Made by a program: the position numbers and the translations under genes | Notes under the pieces: model-generated | What the model was told of the DNA's origin: nothing | Databases searched by the model: none | Seen by the model: only the letters and a program-made list of their open reading frames with translations | From: Candidatus Saccharimonadota bacterium | GTDB taxonomy: Bacteria; Patescibacteriota; Gracilibacteria; BD1-5; UBA6164 | Reading direction: 5' to 3' | NCBI GenBank assembly: GCA_965229705.1 | Contig: OZ245922.1 | Coordinates: forward strand, 360,001-392,000 | Length of the DNA stretch: 32,000 nucleotides | Shown here: positions 31,190-32,000 of the stretch, piece by piece | How the letters are laid out: the number at the start of each line of letters is the position of its first letter | How positions within the stretch are numbered: the first letter of the stretch is position 1

Positions 31190-32000
31190 CTAATTTCCTT
31201 TCATAGAATGAAATATTCCTTCAAAAAGAGGAAAGTGTTTCTCTCATGGGATATTTCTAAAAACATTTTTTCCTTTTCTCTCTGGATGTGGCATCATTCA
31301 AAGTATCCTTCCATCTGGACTCGTCAGTCCTGCAATAGCGTGATCTGAACCATTATACTCATCGGTTGGATTTCCTCTATAATCAACATATATCATTGGT
31401 ATCTGTCATTGCTGAGAGTACTGATCAAATCTTTGCTGTGGTATAACAACTCGTCATTCTCCGTGGGAAATAGGTATTGTATAATACTCTTGAAGATGAA
31501 CTTGACTCATTGCTGGAGAAAGAAGAGAACGAATCTCTAACTTTACCAGTTCTGTTTGATGACGCATACTGCTATTGAAAGTAAGCGTTTCGTCACTATG
31601 AGTGAGATAATCCTTTACTTTACCATTCTCAAAAACTCAGAGCTTTATCAGAGCCTGAAAACCATTACAGATACCCAGCGTCACGGTTCACTTTTTCTCA
31701 AGAAATGCTTGAAAACTCTCACGAATTTCAGAGGAACGCATGATATTTGCGATATATTTTGCACTTCCATCTGGCTCATCACCATTTGAGAATCCTCATG
31801 GAAATACCAGTAAATGAGTAGAGCTGAGTTTATCAGCAAAAGTTTTTCGTGATCTTTGAAAATTTTCTACTCCATGAAGTGTTTGAAATACAAATTCTTC
31901 TACCTCAAACCCCGCCTGCATCAAGGCGTGGCGTGTATCAAGCTCTGAATTTGTTCCCGGAAATACTGTTATAAGCGCTTTTGGTTTGCATGATAATATT
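31190..32000 (-). CDS. purL: FGAM synthase, glutamine amidotransferase region (C-terminus of large PurL; 5' part outside window)
   Basis: ALITVFPGTNSELD, triad contexts LGICNGFQ and HGEGR, and MMPHPER. Stop is TAG (rc of 31190-31192). No in-frame start lies before the window edge, so the protein continues upstream. Confidence 0.75.

Noticed and set aside
1-32000. Apparent genome-wide pseudogenisation: the standard-code ORF track shows only short fragments of miaB, parA, adk, ispH, dnaA, groEL, thrS, pilT, murD and purB.
   Set aside because: All the breaks are TGA codons, they fall on conserved glycines, and the frames continue without TAA/TAG. This indicates stop-codon reassignment, not gene decay.
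1-32000. UGA=Trp (code 4, Mycoplasma-like) as the explanation for in-frame TGA.
   Set aside because: The TGA positions sit in the Walker A GxxGxGK[ST] motif, the GroEL Gly-Met tail, IspH PRGxCxGV and MiaB YTRG, where Gly is invariant and Trp is implausible.

Overview
AT-rich chromosomal segment from a bacterium that reads UGA as glycine (genetic code 25). This code is known only from Gracilibacteria/BD1-5 and Absconditabacteria/SR1 in the Patescibacteria/CPR. The supplied ORF track uses the standard code, so it breaks almost every gene into fragments. Retranslating by hand with TGA=Gly and only TAA/TAG as stops gives about 33 intact, tightly packed CDS. In order they are: miaB (5'-partial, with a nested HAD-phosphatase-like domain), a rhodanese, an intact IS481-family element with a 6-bp target duplication, an RNA methyltransferase, an orphan ParA-like ATPase, ispH, a small hypothetical, adk, RNase P RNA, a DUF1704/QEGLA-type metallopeptidase-like protein, dnaA, an RlmCD/TrmA-type methyltransferase, a hypothetical, groES-groEL (consensus promoter overlapped by a CIRCE-like repeat), three small ORFans, thrS, two small overlapping ORFs, pilT, an 889-aa protein built from 73-82-aa tandem repeats, a divergently placed secreted PGRP-type amidase, murD, a NUDIX-like protein, dedA, and a purL(partial)-purM-purB-purN block. 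I saw no rRNA, tRNA or CRISPR array. The observations most worth follow-up are the recoding itself, the HAD domain nested in MiaB, the unrecognised tandem-repeat protein next to the amidase and pilT, and the code-25-adapted IS. All coordinates and translations were derived by eye without tools, and family calls rest on recognised motifs, not searches.
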